Shown one piece after another: positions 61,849-64,000 of a DNA stretch of 64,000 nt; positions within the stretch are counted from its first letter, which is position 1; every line of letters begins with the position of its first letter. The notes beneath the pieces were generated by a model, which saw only the letters and a program-made list of their open reading frames with translations, did no database searches and had not been told where the DNA came from. Source of the stretch: Polyangiales bacterium. GTDB lineage: Bacteria > Myxococcota_A > Polyangia > Polyangiales > Polyangiaceae. The translations under genes were made by a program, and so were the position numbers. The stretch lies in the NCBI GenBank assembly GCA_038231275.1, contig JBBRLQ010000003.1:108340-172339 (forward strand). The letters run 5' to 3'.

Positions 61849-62844
61849 TCATCGTCGCGCGTGGCGGACGCGGTCGAGGGCGACGGCGACGACGATGATC
61901 ACGCCGGTCGCGATCTCCTCCACCCAGTTCGGTAGCCCCATGTGCGTGCTGCCGGTCTTGATCACCGTCATGAGGAACGCGCCGATCAGCGCGCCGGGGA
62001 TCGAGCCCTCGCCGCCCGACAGCGAGCCGCCGCCGATGACCACCGCGGCGATCGCCTCGAGCTCGAGGCCCACCGAGTCGGTCGGATCGCCGACGGTGAG
62101 CGTCGAAAACTCCATCACGCCGGCGAGGCCGGTCAGCGCCGCCGCGAGCGCGTAGACGGTGACCTTCACGCGATCGACGGCGACGCCGCACAGGCGCGCG
62201 GTCTGCTCGTTGGATCCGATCGCGACGATGTGACGGCCGAGGCGCGTGTAGCGAAGGAGGCACGCCGCGGCCACCGCGACGACGATCGCCGCCCACACAC
62301 CCGGGGGCATCACCATCCAGCGCTTTCCCTCAGGCAGCGCGGAGAGGAGCGTGTCGAGGCCGCGCGCGTCGGCGTCGATCTTCTGCTCCTTCGCGATGCC
62401 CTTGGCCGCGCCGCGAAGGATGCTCATCGCGCCCAAGGTCACGATGAAAGGCGCGACGCGGAGGCGCGTGACGAGGAGGCCGCTCACCGTCCCGCACGCG
62501 GCCGTCGCCGCGATCCCGCCGAGCGATGCCGTGAGCGGCCCCGCGCCCGACTTGAGGAGCGACGCGATCACGACGGTGGTGAGCGCGACCTGCGAGCCGA
62601 CGGAGAGATCGATCCCGCCGAGCACGATGATGAGCGTCATGCCGATCGCAGTGATGCCCACCACGACGGTCTGCCGAGCCATCGTCGCCAGCGTGTCCGT
62701 CGACGCGAACGTGTCGGGTCGAAGGACCGCGAAGAGTGCGTAGACGAAGATCAGCGCCGCCAGCGGTCCCAGCCAGGGATACCGCGAGATGGCGCCTCGA
62801 AGGACGCGGGCGACGCTCTGGTCCGTCGCCCGCTCTGACGTCAC
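61849..62844 (-). CDS. Sugar ABC transporter permease (RbsC/branched sugar family)
   Basis: 8-10 TM segments; conserved permease loop (GGIDLSVGS); C-terminal IKTGSTHMGLPNWVEEI. GTG start overlaps the upstream lipoprotein stop (GTGA). No ATPase or binding protein within the window. Confidence 0.75.
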   Translation of the reverse strand: MTSERATDQSVARVLRGAISRYPWLGPLAALIFVYALFAVLRPDTFASTDTLATMARQTVVVGITAIGMTLIIVLGGIDLSVGSQVALTTVVIASLLKSGAGPLTASLGGIAATAACGTVSGLLVTRLRVAPFIVTLGAMSILRGAAKGIAKEQKIDADARGLDTLLSALPEGKRWMVMPPGVWAAIVVAVAAACLLRYTRLGRHIVAIGSNEQTARLCGVAVDRVKVTVYALAAALTGLAGVMEFSTLTVGDPTDSVGLELEAIAAVVIGGGSLSGGEGSIPGALIGAFLMTVIKTGSTHMGLPNWVEEIATGVIIVVAVALDRVRHARR

Positions 62845-63560
62845 TTCCCGCCGTCCGCAGCCTTGGGCTTGCCCGCGTCGGCCGCGCCGCCGCCGCCGCC
62901 CGCGTCCGTCGCCTTGGGCGCGCCGGCGTCTTGCGGGAGCGTGGACACGCAGTACTGCACGGTCTTGCCCTCGGCGTTCGGGCCCTCGCCTGTGCACGCG
63001 GAGTGCTCGGGGCAGGCGGCGGTGTTCGTCGCCGAGCAGGACTTCTCGCATTTGGTGCCGGTCTCGTGCGGGACGCAGACGTTGGCGCCGCCGCAGTCCT
63101 TGTCGGTCTTGCACTTCTGCGCCGTCGCGGCGGCCGCCTTGAACGCAGCCTCGACGACCCAGCCCATGAGCCGCTCGTCGGACTTCTTGGGGTTGGCGAA
63201 CGTGATGAGGACCTGGCCTTCGTGTGACGCGACCTTGGTCACCTCGGTGCCGCGGGGCAGGCGCGCGACCCACTCGCCGTTCGGCGGGGATTTACGAGCG
63301 ATCGTGAGGGGCGCCTCGGTCTTGACGACCTCGTTGGCGATCTTCGTCTCGTCGCCGAAGCGGGCGATCTCGTTGACGTTGGTCGCGTCGGGGGTCGACG
63401 GTCCGCTGTCGACCTCGGCCACCGGGCCGTCGGTCGTTGCGTCGGAGGAGGCGTCTCCTCCGTCGCCTTTCTTCTTGGGACACCCCGCAAGACCGAGGAC
63501 GAGGGCGAGGAGGAGGGAGAGCGCGGGGGCCACGTTTCGCATGGCCATCGGGAGTATCAC
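62841..63560 (-). CDS. Lipoprotein with Cys-rich C-terminal module, hypothetical
   Basis: Lipobox (LVLGLAGC). C-terminal 8-Cys region (KCKTDKDCGGANVCVPHETGTKCEKSCSATNTAACPEHSAC). Confidence 0.55.
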   Translation of the reverse strand: MILPMAMRNVAPALSLLLALVLGLAGCPKKKGDGGDASSDATTDGPVAEVDSGPSTPDATNVNEIARFGDETKIANEVVKTEAPLTIARKSPPNGEWVARLPRGTEVTKVASHEGQVLITFANPKKSDERLMGWVVEAAFKAAAATAQKCKTDKDCGGANVCVPHETGTKCEKSCSATNTAACPEHSACTGEGPNAEGKTVQYCVSTLPQDAGAPKATDAGGGGGAADAGKPKAADGGK

Positions 63561-63679
63561 ACCGGGCGAGGAGCATGCCAGCTGGTCAGGTTGCCCGGTC
63601 GACCTTAAATGAAAAGGGCAACGGAAGGTGCAGGAGAAGCAAGAAGAAACAACACGAACTAGAAGGAGAGAACGAAGGC

Positions 63680-64000
63680 ATGACGATTCAAAAGGGGCTC
63701 GCGCGCGCGCGGCTCCTGGTTCGGCAGAACAAGATCGCGTTGGGGTTGCTCGTCGCCTGGTTCGGCGCGAGCTTCGTCGGGTTCGTGGCGCTGGGGCATG
63801 CGCCCCGAGAGGCGGCGCAGATCGTCGCCTTCGCGCGGACCGATGGGACGTCGTGGGGGGTCTTCTACAAGAACTTCAGCGACATGGTCGTCTTCGGCGC
63901 GCTGGTCGGGGTGCTGGTGAGCGAGGCCGGTCGAAAGTACAAGCCCGAGGAGACGGCGCGTCTCTTCGCGGCGCGCGCGAGCGGGCACGTCGTCATCGTC
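63680..64000 (+). CDS. Membrane protein, 5' part only (runs off window end); probable start of an RCK/TrkA-N domain (ASGHVVIV)
   Basis: AGAAGGAGAG ribosome-binding site 7 nt upstream of the ATG. Two TM helices, then GHVVIV typical of a TrkA-N Rossmann start. No stop before position 64000. Confidence 0.45.
   Translation, partial: MTIQKGLARARLLVRQNKIALGLLVAWFGASFVGFVALGHAPREAAQIVAFARTDGTSWGVFYKNFSDMVVFGALVGVLVSEAGRKYKPEETARLFAARASGHVVIV

Overview
The window is high-GC (about 65-70%), densely coding DNA with a strongly Myxococcota-like gene set (Sorangiineae-type). It has four Hanks-type Ser/Thr kinases, many lipoproteins with L-x-x-C lipoboxes, an FHA-sigma54 enhancer-binding protein, a Uma2 endonuclease, and two proteins with AgmX/PglI-type C-terminal domains. 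Housekeeping genes are fumC, acnA, an FKBP isomerase, a polyphosphate glucokinase and an iron-type alcohol dehydrogenase.

The most unusual stretch is 29.6-35.8 kb.
- A clear bacterial homologue of the eukaryotic major vault protein (MVP) sits at 30990-33011, with a candidate sigma54 promoter just upstream.
- It is followed by a 30-bp direct repeat that overlaps its stop codon.
- Next comes about 2.4 kb of ORF-poor DNA at 33090-35490. Read on the minus strand, this is colinear with bacterial 23S rRNA but only about 60% similar by eye, with the universal 23S motifs not intact. That points to a relic or diverged LSU-rRNA-like element, not a working rRNA.
- A roughly 250-bp AT-rich island at 35500-35760 carries a perfect DnaA box (TTATCCACA) and a second near-perfect one.

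Other notable items:
- A PHP-domain lipoprotein gene is interrupted by an in-frame TAG at 21529-21531.
- There are two VIT-vWA proteins plus one secreted vWA protein.
- A three-gene kinase/PEGA/vWA operon on the minus strand has overlapping stop and start codons, and the kinase tail contains a GGAGTC hexanucleotide (Thr-Pro) repeat.
- A kinase-Hsp70-J-protein cluster sits at the 5' end; the J-protein has a receiver-like N-domain.

No tRNA genes or CRISPR arrays were found, and no functional rRNA. Many long antisense ORFs are GC-driven artefacts. All calls are by eye and from memory of protein and rRNA families; no database search was possible.
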